A DNA stretch of 64,000 nt from Antedon mediterranea (lineage: Eukaryota > Animalia > Echinodermata), in contig NC_092671.1 in the NCBI RefSeq assembly GCF_964355755.1, positions 35,350,304 through 35,414,303 on the forward strand, written 5' to 3'. A program made the translations under genes and the position numbers. Positions within the stretch are counted from its first letter, which is position 1, and the number at the start of each line of letters is the position of its first letter. Shown in pieces: positions 37,701 through 46,600 of the stretch. The notes beneath the pieces are model-generated. The model searched no databases, was not told where the DNA came from, and worked only from the letters and a program-made list of their open reading frames with translations.

Positions 37701-37925
37701 TGTGACGTCACAGTAATTTACGGCAACGACGAGAGTGTGCGGCAATATCCTTAATTTCGCAGAGGTTCTGAAATCATATGTACATCAATAATACGTTGTT
37801 AAAATATGGTCCTCGGTCAAGTTGTCCTTTAAACGTGGAGGCCTGTATACTACCTTATCTAAATCCAGATTGCCAAATCCGTCACAGCAAGACAGAATTT
37901 TCTTCCTGTAATCAGTCTGTTGCAT
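11837..37925 (-). CDS. PEMT: Phosphatidylethanolamine N-methyltransferase, about 231 aa
   Basis: Exons 37925-37854 ([24 protein letters not shown]), 37119-37012 ([17 protein letters not shown]...TPVFWNV), 14033-13918 ([18 protein letters not shown]), 13462-13314 (LGFTGTFF), 12859-12748 ([31 protein letters not shown]), 11975-11837 ([11 protein letters not shown]...[13 protein letters not shown]). All introns are GT-AG with consistent phases, and the motifs match human PEMT. Confidence 0.96.
13098..13237. mobile_element. MITE family A copy
   Basis: Both TIRs present. Confidence 0.9.
13560..13736. mobile_element. MITE family A copy, left tip replaced, with a 21-bp insertion
   Basis: Family body sequence; right TIR intact. 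Confidence 0.88.
14520..14650. repeat. 20-bp tandem repeat (CAGAGGAGGACACCCACATT), about 6 copies, inside a Tc1-like MITE remnant
   Basis: Direct reading; the element ends GGTTCTACTGTA near 14714. Confidence 0.9.
16791..18018. repeat. 23-bp GC-rich minisatellite, about 53 copies
   Basis: Unit GGATGCACCCTAGCGCTACCCCT with recurring variants. Confidence 0.98.
18020..18872 (+). mobile_element. 5'-truncated L2/CR1-clade LINE (C-terminal ORF2 plus 3' UTR)
   Basis: 243-aa ORF with [64 protein letters not shown]; ATT-rich tail. Confidence 0.93.
19701..19885. mobile_element. MITE family A copy with three 20-bp units
   Basis: Both TIRs, TAA flanks. Confidence 0.9.
20268..20547 (+). mobile_element. 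tRNA-derived SINE family 2
   Basis: B-box-like ATTCGAATCC, core CTCTCCACCCAGGTGTATAAATGGGTACC, tail CGCTATATAAGAATGAACTATTATT; copies at about 35115-35357, 62978-63272 (-), and a 3' part at 4305-4470. Confidence 0.82.
23765..24131 (+). mobile_element. CR1 LINE 3' fragment
   Basis: [36 protein letters not shown]; (TAAAC)n tail. Confidence 0.9.
24224..24497. mobile_element. Inverted-repeat element with internal B-box
   Basis: IR TACATAAGTTGGGGACCCCT / AGGGGTCCCCAACTTATGTA; internal AAACCTAACC and GGATTTGAACC. Confidence 0.7.
25783..25924. mobile_element. MITE family A copy
   Basis: Both TIRs present. Confidence 0.88.
28329..28967. mobile_element. TTAA-flanked MITE (Kolobok-like)
   Basis: TTAA|AGCCCCCTTCCCT...AGGGAAGGGGTCT|TTAA. 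Confidence 0.78.
29403..29470 (+). promoter_or_regulatory. Candidate Pol II core promoter of the miRNA host transcript
   Basis: TATAAA at 29433-29438; Inr-like TCATTC/TCAGTT at 29460-29469 about 30 nt downstream; inverted repeat ACACCCCTA-N9-TAGGGGTGT at 29403-29429; GTAAGT donor at 29570. Confidence 0.6.
31990..32061 (+). ncRNA. mir-2009: pre-miR-2009 hairpin copy 1
   Basis: Hairpin; mature-like arm starts at 32034. Confidence 0.85.
32165..32237 (+). ncRNA. mir-2009: pre-miR-2009 hairpin copy 2
   Basis: Hairpin; mature-like arm starts at 32210. Confidence 0.85.
32327..32401 (+). ncRNA. mir-2009: pre-miR-2009 hairpin copy 3
   Basis: Hairpin; mature-like arm starts at 32373. Confidence 0.85.
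32485..32567 (+). ncRNA. mir-2009: pre-miR-2009 hairpin copy 4
   Basis: Hairpin with extended basal stem; mature-like arm starts at 32534. Confidence 0.85.
32647..32720 (+). ncRNA. mir-2009: pre-miR-2009 hairpin copy 5
   Basis: Hairpin; mature-like arm starts at 32692. Confidence 0.85.
32848..32922 (+). ncRNA. mir-2009: pre-miR-2009 hairpin copy 6
   Basis: Hairpin; mature-like arm starts at 32894. Confidence 0.85.
33006..33079 (+). ncRNA. mir-2009: pre-miR-2009 hairpin copy 7 (A15C variant)
   Basis: Mature-like arm at 33051 reads TGAGTTGTCCCACACAGAAC. Confidence 0.82.
33172..33251 (+). ncRNA. mir-2009: pre-miR-2009 hairpin copy 8 (C11G variant)
   Basis: Mature-like arm at 33220 reads TGAGTTGTCCGACAAAGAAC; the 5' arm has a C>T change that keeps pairing as G-U. 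Confidence 0.82.
35391..36965 (+). mobile_element. Non-autonomous Helentron/DINE-1-like element
   Basis: 5' TTAGTTATCCGC followed by its partial inverse GCGGATAACT; 3' GCGGATAACTAA (36923-36934), hairpin AACTCGTCA-AAG-TGACGAGTT and terminal CTAGT; CpG-rich body with an internal duplication. Confidence 0.75.
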
Positions 37926-38077
37926 TGATAACTGAAATAAAATGAGAATTTAAAATTCTGCCAACCAGCTGGTCAAACAAATCGGTATTTAACTTTGTAT
38001 ATGAATACTGTGAGAAAATGTATTATTCATACTATTCTAGGTCATTTTAATTTCTTTGGTTACTAAAAATAGTTGAT

Positions 38078-39830
38078 AAAATGTGCATATTTTGATTATT
38101 TTTATACAAAAAATGAATATTTTGTAGCGTAATTGTTATGTTTATTTATATAATATTAAATAATTTAAGTGTTTGGAAAAACTATTTGGTATCAAATGAA
38201 AGCCCACAAAATATTCTATCCATTACTAAATACTACCCAACTTGTATTAAAAATCTGTAATTATGATGCTAATTTTGTTAAAAATGTGCATATTTTATAT
38301 TTTTTTTTACTAAAATGAGTATATTAAATACCGTACTGACGCGGGTATAAGCCCATCCCCCTTGAACATGAAATCACGTCAAGTTTGGGGGGTGGGCTTA
38401 CACCCGAGGATCCAAAAATGCAGATCGTCAAAAACAGCACATTTACACTGTGTATTCCACCATGCGAGCGAGCGCCCTCACGTGTACGACGTTGCCTCTA
38501 AATACACGAGGTGTAGAGTGTCGGAAATCAATCTTATAGTTTGTGTAATTTATTGTAGAATATCTTATTTTAAACATCAATTGAACAAGAATTTATCAAG
38601 CAGAAAAGCAAGTATACAATGTTCGTTAAATAGAAATGTACCAAAGAAATTTAATAAGCTTGTTTATGGCAGCCGATACCAAATAGTGGTTTTCTGTTTT
38701 GGCGACTTGTAGCGTCGTGTGTGAAGCGATCTTCGACCGCGATGGAGTGTAAACAAAACAGGACCGCTAGGCCTCATATGGCCTAGAGTATATTAGCCTA
38801 GCTTGGTTATGATCAAAGATAGGTGTATTCGGTGCATGGACGTCGCCAAATACTGTACAAAATAATGTATTACGACACACACTGTAGATCTTCGAATTAA
38901 TGGGTGGGCTTTTACCCGAGTGCCTCATTTTTCATGAAAATTAGTCAAAAGTCGGGGGTGGGCTTATACCCGAGTATGTGCTTATACCCGCGTCAGTACG
39001 GTAGTGTAAATTTATTCTGGTTTATTTATAATATTAACTAATTCAAGTGTTCTTTTGGTATCAAATTGTTCAAAATATACATATTTATATTCGGTCTAAC
39101 ACAACTTTTAGCGAAAAAAATGACCAGAAATGCTTTTACTGACTTTTTACCCAAAAATGACAAAAAATAATACACAATATGCTACCTATTTTCCATACAA
39201 TTAACTTCATAATTAAAAATTCTCAATACAAGTTGGGTAGCATATTGTGTAACTGTATGCTTTCCTTTGATACCATACAGTTTGTTCATTTGGAATTTTA
39301 AAGAATAATTCAAAGGTCACTTGAATTATTTAATATTATAAATAAACCAAAATAAATTTACACTATTTAATATACTCATTTTAGTAAAAAAATAATAAAA
39401 TTTTAAACAAAATTAGCATCATAATTACAGATTTTTAAAACGAGTTGGGTAGCAATGGATAGAATATTTTATGGGCTTTCATTTGATACCAAATAGTTTT
39501 TCCAAACACTTATATTATATAATAAACATAACAATTACGCTACAAAATATTCATTTTTTGTATAAAAATAATCGAAATATGCACATTTTCCATACAATTA
39601 GATTCATAATTAAAAATTCTCAACACAAGTTGGGTAGCATATTGTGTATGCTTTCATTTAATACCATACAGTTTGTCCATTGGCATTTTAAAGAATAATT
39701 TAACCTGAAAATGTGTTTTTGGGTCATTTTTGGGTCAAAGGTCTGTAAAAGCATTTCCGGTCATTTTTTCGCTAAAAGTTGTGTTAGACCGAATATAAAT
39801 ATGTATATTCTGAACAATTTGACACCAAAG
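38078..39830. repeat. Foldback-like complex of long inverted repeats
   Basis: 38078-38330 plus 39002-39050 is the reverse complement of about 39316-39590; about 39050-39160 is inverted at 39715-39830. Confidence 0.8.
38331..39001. mobile_element. pogo/Tc1-mariner-like MITE
   Basis: TIR CCGTACTGACGCGGGTATAAGC with TA TSD; the empty site is visible in the inverted copy of the flank near 39360. Confidence 0.88.
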
Positions 39831-40384
39831 GTAAATCTGTACGACAAGTGGTTGTCGAGATTAAGAACATTTTTAACCTTTGACCGCGATTTTGGGCATG
39901 TTCGTCCCGGATAGCAAATTTAGCACACATTTCATGTTGTTCGTTGGGGCCAAATTAACAGTTGAGATATTCTCTCCTAAAATAAATGCATACAAATCTG
40001 ACCCAGGTCCTAGACTATAAATAACTAACGGTTTAGCTTTAGATTTTTGGCCCGCCCTTGTTTTTTTTAAAACAAATATTTTATGAAGAAATGCGCCTGA
40101 CAATGACAAAGAAAAAAATCACTTCAAATCATGCACGGTTATCGTTACTGGTGTTTTCAAAGATCATTTGCTTGTAATAATAAGGTATTATTGTTAAAAT
40201 GCATCATGTTATATTTTGTCCTTTTTGGAGTTTTATGAATTTGGTCGTTCCGTAACCGGCGGCCGAAATGCACTGTGACCAGGCCCTCTCCCCTGCTTTA
40301 CCTTTATCTTACTAGCCTAGGCCAACCTAGAGCTCTATTTAGGCTAGCCTAGGCCTAACCAGCAGGTGGGAGGGGTAGGCTAGC

Positions 40385-41449
40385 CGATTTCGATCCAAGT
40401 CGGCCCTAAACCGTCTTGGCCAAAGTCAAGTCGGCCCCAAGTCAAGTCGGCCCCAAGTCAACTCGGCCTCAAGTCAACTCGGTCTCAAGTCAACTCGGCC
40501 AAAAAATAATCAGTCAACTCGGCCCCGTTAAAGTATGGAATGCAAAAGTTGCAAAGGAAGGGGATTGATAAAATAATTTATCTTCACATTTTTTTACCTA
40601 TGAATAATTCTGACTTTTAATGAATATTAATATTTAGACAATAATACATTAGCAAAAAAAATAAGAAGGATTTCACCAACTTTCCTTTATTTACGTTTAA
40701 TAAAATTTCAAATTGCACAAATTGTTCTGAAATTGCGCATACAAACAATTGATTAATAAGCTAGCATTCATACTATTGTTAATGATTACGATATAAACAC
40801 ATTGTAGGCCCAATAATGATGATGCACGTACGTAGGCACGTATGTTCGTTCGTGCGTCAAAATTCAATAAACATTTCCGATATGCGAGGACATTTATTAG
40901 GTGTAATAAGATTGTTTGGTTGGATTGTTTGGTTGAATCATTGAGGTATTAAATAATGTTAACTCCATGGTTGAATCACGCGTAGATTTCTTCAGTGTAT
41001 GCATTTGATTAGGCGACAACATCTGTAACCAATTCGTAACTGCGCCTCCCTGCGCCTTTGGCAGCTATTTCGATATTACAACTGCTACGTGTTTTCGCTG
41101 ACCGGGGATTCCCCTTTTTTTAAAACGCAAATCATGGACAAAAACGGTGTGTACGATCATTTTTCTATGGCCAAATAGTGGAACCATGGAGCTATAACAG
41201 CTTCATGGTGGAACGTAGGCCTACGTCTTCGATTTACTAAAATGTGGTACGGTACCTGCACGTGTTTTTGTAACACGCGAGTACTTCTATTCATATCGGC
41301 AATGTGCGTTCCATACTTAATTATGGCCGAGTTGACCGATTAGTTTTTGGCCGAGTTGACATGAGGACGAGTTGACGTGAGGCCGAGTTGACGTGGGGCC
41401 GACTTGACGTGAGGCCGAGACGGTTTGGGGCCGACTTGACCTGCACCCG
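40385..41449. mobile_element. Non-autonomous DNA transposon with 17-bp subterminal repeat arrays
   Basis: (AAGTCAASTCGGCCYC)n at the left, inverted array at the right; GCTAGC on both sides. Confidence 0.85.
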
Positions 41450-41455
41450 GCTAGC

Positions 41456-42333
41456 CGGTTTACGATGAAATCGGTCGCGATAAAATCAACTTCCGGTATT
41501 TTGTATGGCGCGCCGCTAGAGCTATACGTTTGAAATCGGTCGCGCTATTTTGTATGGAGCGAGATGCATGCTAGCGGGATTTACATTTTCTTCGTTTATA
41601 TAGTCTAGATTTAATTGATATTTTTTAGGAACCAGATTATTTATGTGGATATTTTTTATTTTGGTTAATAAATATTTATTATCAATCATTTTTTTTTTAT
41701 TTCACAGGTCTCGGAGAAGGACTGTATCTTTTCAAAATGGCCATTTCTAAACACGTTTAAATATTTTATTAGGCATATAATAATTTACCTCTATTTTATT
41801 ATGTACTGTAATTAATATATTATACTGTATAGGAAATATACGTCTGTGTCTTTTAATAATATTATGCAAACAATTACGTAAAAGAGAACAATTTACGTAT
41901 ATACGTCGGCGATACTATAGTTTTTAATTTGAATATCTTTTATTTGTTCATTTATAATAATCACTTAATGTGTCTCACATCCGTACGCCGTTCGTAAATC
42001 TAAATGTTTAAATATCAAGGTGCAAGATTACCTCTTTGAGAATCGTGCCCACCTTTTAATATCCATCCATTATTATTCTCACATCTAGGCCTATCATTGT
42101 ACAGCATACTGCATAGTCCTACTGTATAGGCCCGGTGATTTATAACGGCATATTATTTTATTAGTATTCACTATTATCCTAAAACCATGCTCACGTAAGA
42201 GTGGCGGATACCCATGCAAAATAGCGCTACCGATATCATTAAACGTATAGCTCTAGCGGCGCGCCATACAAAATACCGGAAGTTGATTTCAAACGCGACC
42301 GATTTCAGACGCGACCGATTTCATCTGACACCG
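41456..42333. mobile_element. Non-autonomous DNA transposon with about 75-bp TIRs
   Basis: GATGAAATCGGTCGCG...TTCCGGTATTTTGTATGGCGCGCCGCTAGAGCTATACGTTT and its inverse at 42240-42326; GCTAGC on both sides. Confidence 0.87.
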
Positions 42334-42559
42334 GCTAGCCTAGCCTAGGCCTAGCCTAACCAGCAGGGGAGGGGGGAATAGCCTAGCTAGAGTCTAGCTA
42401 CTAATAATTAGTAATTATAGGTTATGTACCTAAATAATTAAATGCTATGTTTAATACATATTATACGTACAACTTCAACAAATACAATTCACTCTATTTT
42501 TATTAAAAAAACAATTGTTTTTGTTTTACAAAACATACCCTACATACACTTTCTTCTTT

Positions 42560-42800
42560 TCTGTCAGTGATGAAGCCCGCCCTCTCTTACTCTTGTTCTT
42601 CTCTTTCGTATACAGAATTGCCCACAGAACTGTTATTGATCCTGCGAAGAAGTGTATATATGCGCCGGTCAAAGGTTGAAAGTTGTTGCTACGCGAATGG
42701 AAACTTTAGATTTTTGTAAATAGAGAGGTAAACAAAGTTGGAAATGATAGTGTTTTGTCTAAATTATGTTCAGGTTGATTAACAAAAGCCATAGCTTACT
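42560..42800. promoter_or_regulatory. Probable bidirectional promoter region of PEMT and MYCBPAP
   Basis: Lies between the divergent genes. Minus-strand donor (GTAAGA, 42590) and plus-strand donor (GTAAAC, about 42728) point in opposite directions. Both first coding exons are preceded by acceptors, so non-coding leader exons are implied. Confidence 0.5.
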
Positions 42801-42857
42801 TGTTCGTGTGTACAGTCATATGGTTTATTTATTAATCAGAATGTTATTAACGAATTT

Positions 42858-43248
42858 CTAGGCCTAAAAAGGGCCTCTCTAGGCCTAGGCCTACTACTAG
42901 CCTAGGCCCTAGGCCTACTAGCCTACTAGTACTAGCTAGGCCTAGGCTAGTAGGCCTAGTCCTAGTCAGGCCTCTAAAGTTTACAGTAAGAAGGAAGGGC
43001 CTACCTACCTAAGAGTCCAACCTAGCCTCTAGAGCCTCTAAGCCGGATTGCCCCTACCTATCCTCAGTCAGGTCTACCTAGCTAGGGCTAGGCTAGGCCT
43101 AGACTAGGCCTACTAGATAGAGTAGGCTACTACTAACTAGGCCTAGCTAGCTAGAGAGAGGCCTAACTAGGCTATTCGCTATGATGGCTAGGCCTATAGC
43201 CTAGTAGGGCCCCCTAGCCTAGTCTGAAGATAGGAGGAGGCTAGGCTG
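42858..43248. repeat. TAGGCCTA/CTAG low-complexity tract
   Basis: Dense irregular TAGGCC/CTAG words downstream of the putative MYCBPAP leader exon. Confidence 0.85.
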
Positions 43249-43609
43249 ATCCTCACTTATCATGTTGTAAATTATTATTTTTTATGCCAACAATTTGTAG
43301 TCAGCTTAACGTTATTTTTGTGATCCTAAGACTTGGCGAATGGGTATCAACTATCCCTAATTCCCAATTGGTTGGTTAAAAAAACACATTTCGGAGTATC
43401 CATACCAAAATTAAATTTGATACGTCGCTGCGTTGCGTTGCGTTCTACTAAGAACCACGCTTTAGTACAACAATTGCTAGGCTGTCTTATTAATTACTCA
43501 CAATTTCTTTCTTAATCTTAGTAATATCACAGAAATATTGTGTGTACTTAATTACACTCTCAGTTGTTTTGTATTTTTTTTTAAAGATTTGTAAGTAAAT
43601 AGAAGAAAA

Positions 43610-46600
43610 ATGACAAGCAAACTATCTTTCAAAGCATCAAAGAAGGATCGGCCACGTTCCACAGGTAAGGAATTGCAGGGAGGAACCAGAGAGGTATAGT
43701 AACATACATGCCAACAATACCAATTTGGCTTGGAGACTCCCGTATTTCAGACTCATCTTCCGGCCTAGGCTAATATTGTGCTCACGGTTTTCCACAATTT
43801 CTCCCACATTATAAAGATAAATGAATTTTTATGTATCTGTGTGGTTTTCTGCATTAAAATATAACAAAAAGGCTAACAGTTACACACAACCAAATTTATG
43901 ATATTTAAGCCATTAAATTGTTACAACCATTTGCGGCCATAATTTTCTGATTTTGTTCTGAACAGAAAAGGGATTACCCTCAAATAACCACAATGCGATA
44001 ATGCTTGTGACGTCACACACTGCGCTCCTTACTTCACAATAATAGATAGAGGGCACTGTTGACCTAAAAAAAACACCACCTCCCTTTTATTTTTAATTTC
44101 ATGTTGGCATGTATGCAGTAATAGGTGCAGCCAGGTGCATTTAATAGGTTAAACAATTTGATCAAGTTTAGTAAAATTCAGAACCTAAATATCATGCCAA
44201 CCTGTCATTGCAGTCATTCTTTTACAAACAGTTTTGCTTTTGATGTTATCACTGAAAAGATTCAAGGTTAAAGGTTAGACTGATTTCCATTATTACACTT
44301 AAAAAACATAAAGAAGGGCTTTGTAATACTGTCACTGTCAATTGACAAAAACTACTTTTGACAAATCAAAGAACTACAATATTTTATTTCAACATTGTTT
44401 TTATCACTATAATAACATATAACTTGCTAAATTCATAGACATTTTAATAAGCTTTTTTCACAACATCAAAACACTTTTAATTTGATGAGAATATGTATAC
44501 AAAGGGCTAACAAAAAACGTGACCTTCTTGTTGCCCTATTTACACAATCCTTTACAATTTTACTTTTCAAATCATCTTCAACTGAAGTTTGTTTAGATGA
44601 GGTCAGCGCACCTAAAATAAAGAGACAATCAAACTTCCTAACAAAAGCATTCTGCTACAGGTGTTTGTTTGCAAAGCATCGCTAAATGTTTAGAAATGTC
44701 CTTATATTTTAAAAATTGTGGTAGTTGGTCAGTATTTTGTACAATATCTAACAATATGGATTCTACTGAAAGCAGTCTCTTAAGTTTTAGGACTAACAAA
44801 ACCCGTCGCAGAAGTTCTTCAGTTAAGGGCCTTGGTAAGAAATTATTCTAATAGTTTGGAAGTATTTTTCTGTGGAATGTCTTTATTTCTAAAAAAAATG
44901 TAAAAATTGCTATTTTGTGTATTGAATTAAACTTGTTTCTTTTTTGTGTAATTTTCAGGAGACCCGGGCCACATTTTTTGACAAAGCCTAATATTCAATT
45001 AGGAATAAGTAACTTAAGATATTAGATGTATTTCAATGTCTTGGAAGAGGCTGTATGAGGCACGTTACTTAGTTTAAACTAAATACTGTTTTTATTGTTA
45101 TGGTCTATTGACGTTAAACTTGTAATACACAGCTAAGCTAATACGGTAATTATTAGAGGGTTATCCATCATTTCTTAATGTAAAATCTGTCTTGAGTCCT
45201 ATATAAAGGTCTCAGCCAAAGTCAATGTTAAAAGATCCTAATATCTAGTACTTTATTTAAAATATTTTCCTCAATGTTCTATATACAAATCTGCTTACAA
45301 CTTATTCATAAATTCATAATATTAAGGTCGCACCCTCTTTTCACAGCAGAAGAATTCACCAAAGATACCATTAAAAATCTATTGTCCCCCTGAAAAAATT
45401 AATTTGTACAATCATTGTTTTTGTTGAATATCCCATTTTAATGTCACATAACATTTATCCATTTGAAGAAAATGTGAATCTAAAAAATATTATTTACCTG
45501 AAAAAACACTGTATTTTAAGGCAAATTATCCAAATTGGCTGCCAGCCAAGTTTTTGTTTGAATTTGACCATTTATTTGTCATTATATATGAGAAAACATT
45601 TTTTTTATGGAAGGGATTAACTTTATTAAAACTACAAAATAACCTATTCAAATTCTGATTTAATTAATAATTTTTCATGTTTTTTGGGAGACAATATACA
45701 GAAGGCAAACAATAAATACATTTTTAAATAATTTAGGTTAATTTTTATTAAAAATGTAGTTATAAATCAATTATTTAAATTAATTATACTTGTTATTAAA
45801 ATGTTAAAAATGATATTTTATGTAAAGCCGCCCTCAATTTTTTATCACCATAACAAGTGGCTAAATCCAAATTTACATTGCAATAGAGTGGAACAGGTTG
45901 AATAAATACTTTCAGTATATTAATGTTGCTGTTTCTTAGTTACCACATTATCAGAAAACAGACTCGTACACAGTTTAGTTTAAAGGTAAACACAAATCAA
46001 TGAATAACAACCGACATTAAATTGCGCTACTGTTGGCGTTGTTCAAACGTACGTTAAGTAGTTTGATACAGATAAAAACATGTTTTCATCTTCGTTAAAA
46101 GATATTACAGTACTTGCAACGTTACAAAATTGTCTGGTGCATAATTACCTTTCGTGATGATATTTATATATTGGTGATTTACAGCAGTTCTTTTGTTGCA
46201 AATTTTGAGAATTTGTTTTATGTACGACATGGACTTAAAGTATACAATAATAGATAGAACTCAGTCGAGATTGTCGACAACTCGCAGTAATAATAGTAGC
46301 AGTGCGTCAAGTGTAAAAACTAGAGTCCGATCAGGATCTACTAATACGTCAAAACATTCCAATCGTAAGTCAAGCCTATGAAAAGTTGTTTTATTTTATA
46401 TTTTAGATTAAACTTTACCTAGTTCAACCGTCTTGTGTTTCTTTTTCAGAGTATTTATCTTAAATTTTTAGTATGTAAATTAGTTTTTCTGGTTACAATA
46501 CAATATTTGTTAAAGTTTTAAATTGAAGTTTTGGGTATATAGTGTGATGCTTAACTACCTGTACCAGTCCTTGGTTCATTTTTAAGTCCTGCTCAAAGGC

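Noticed and set aside
44959-45008. Possible extra MYCBPAP exon after a strong acceptor
   Set aside because: It has an in-frame TGA in the required phase and no convincing donor.
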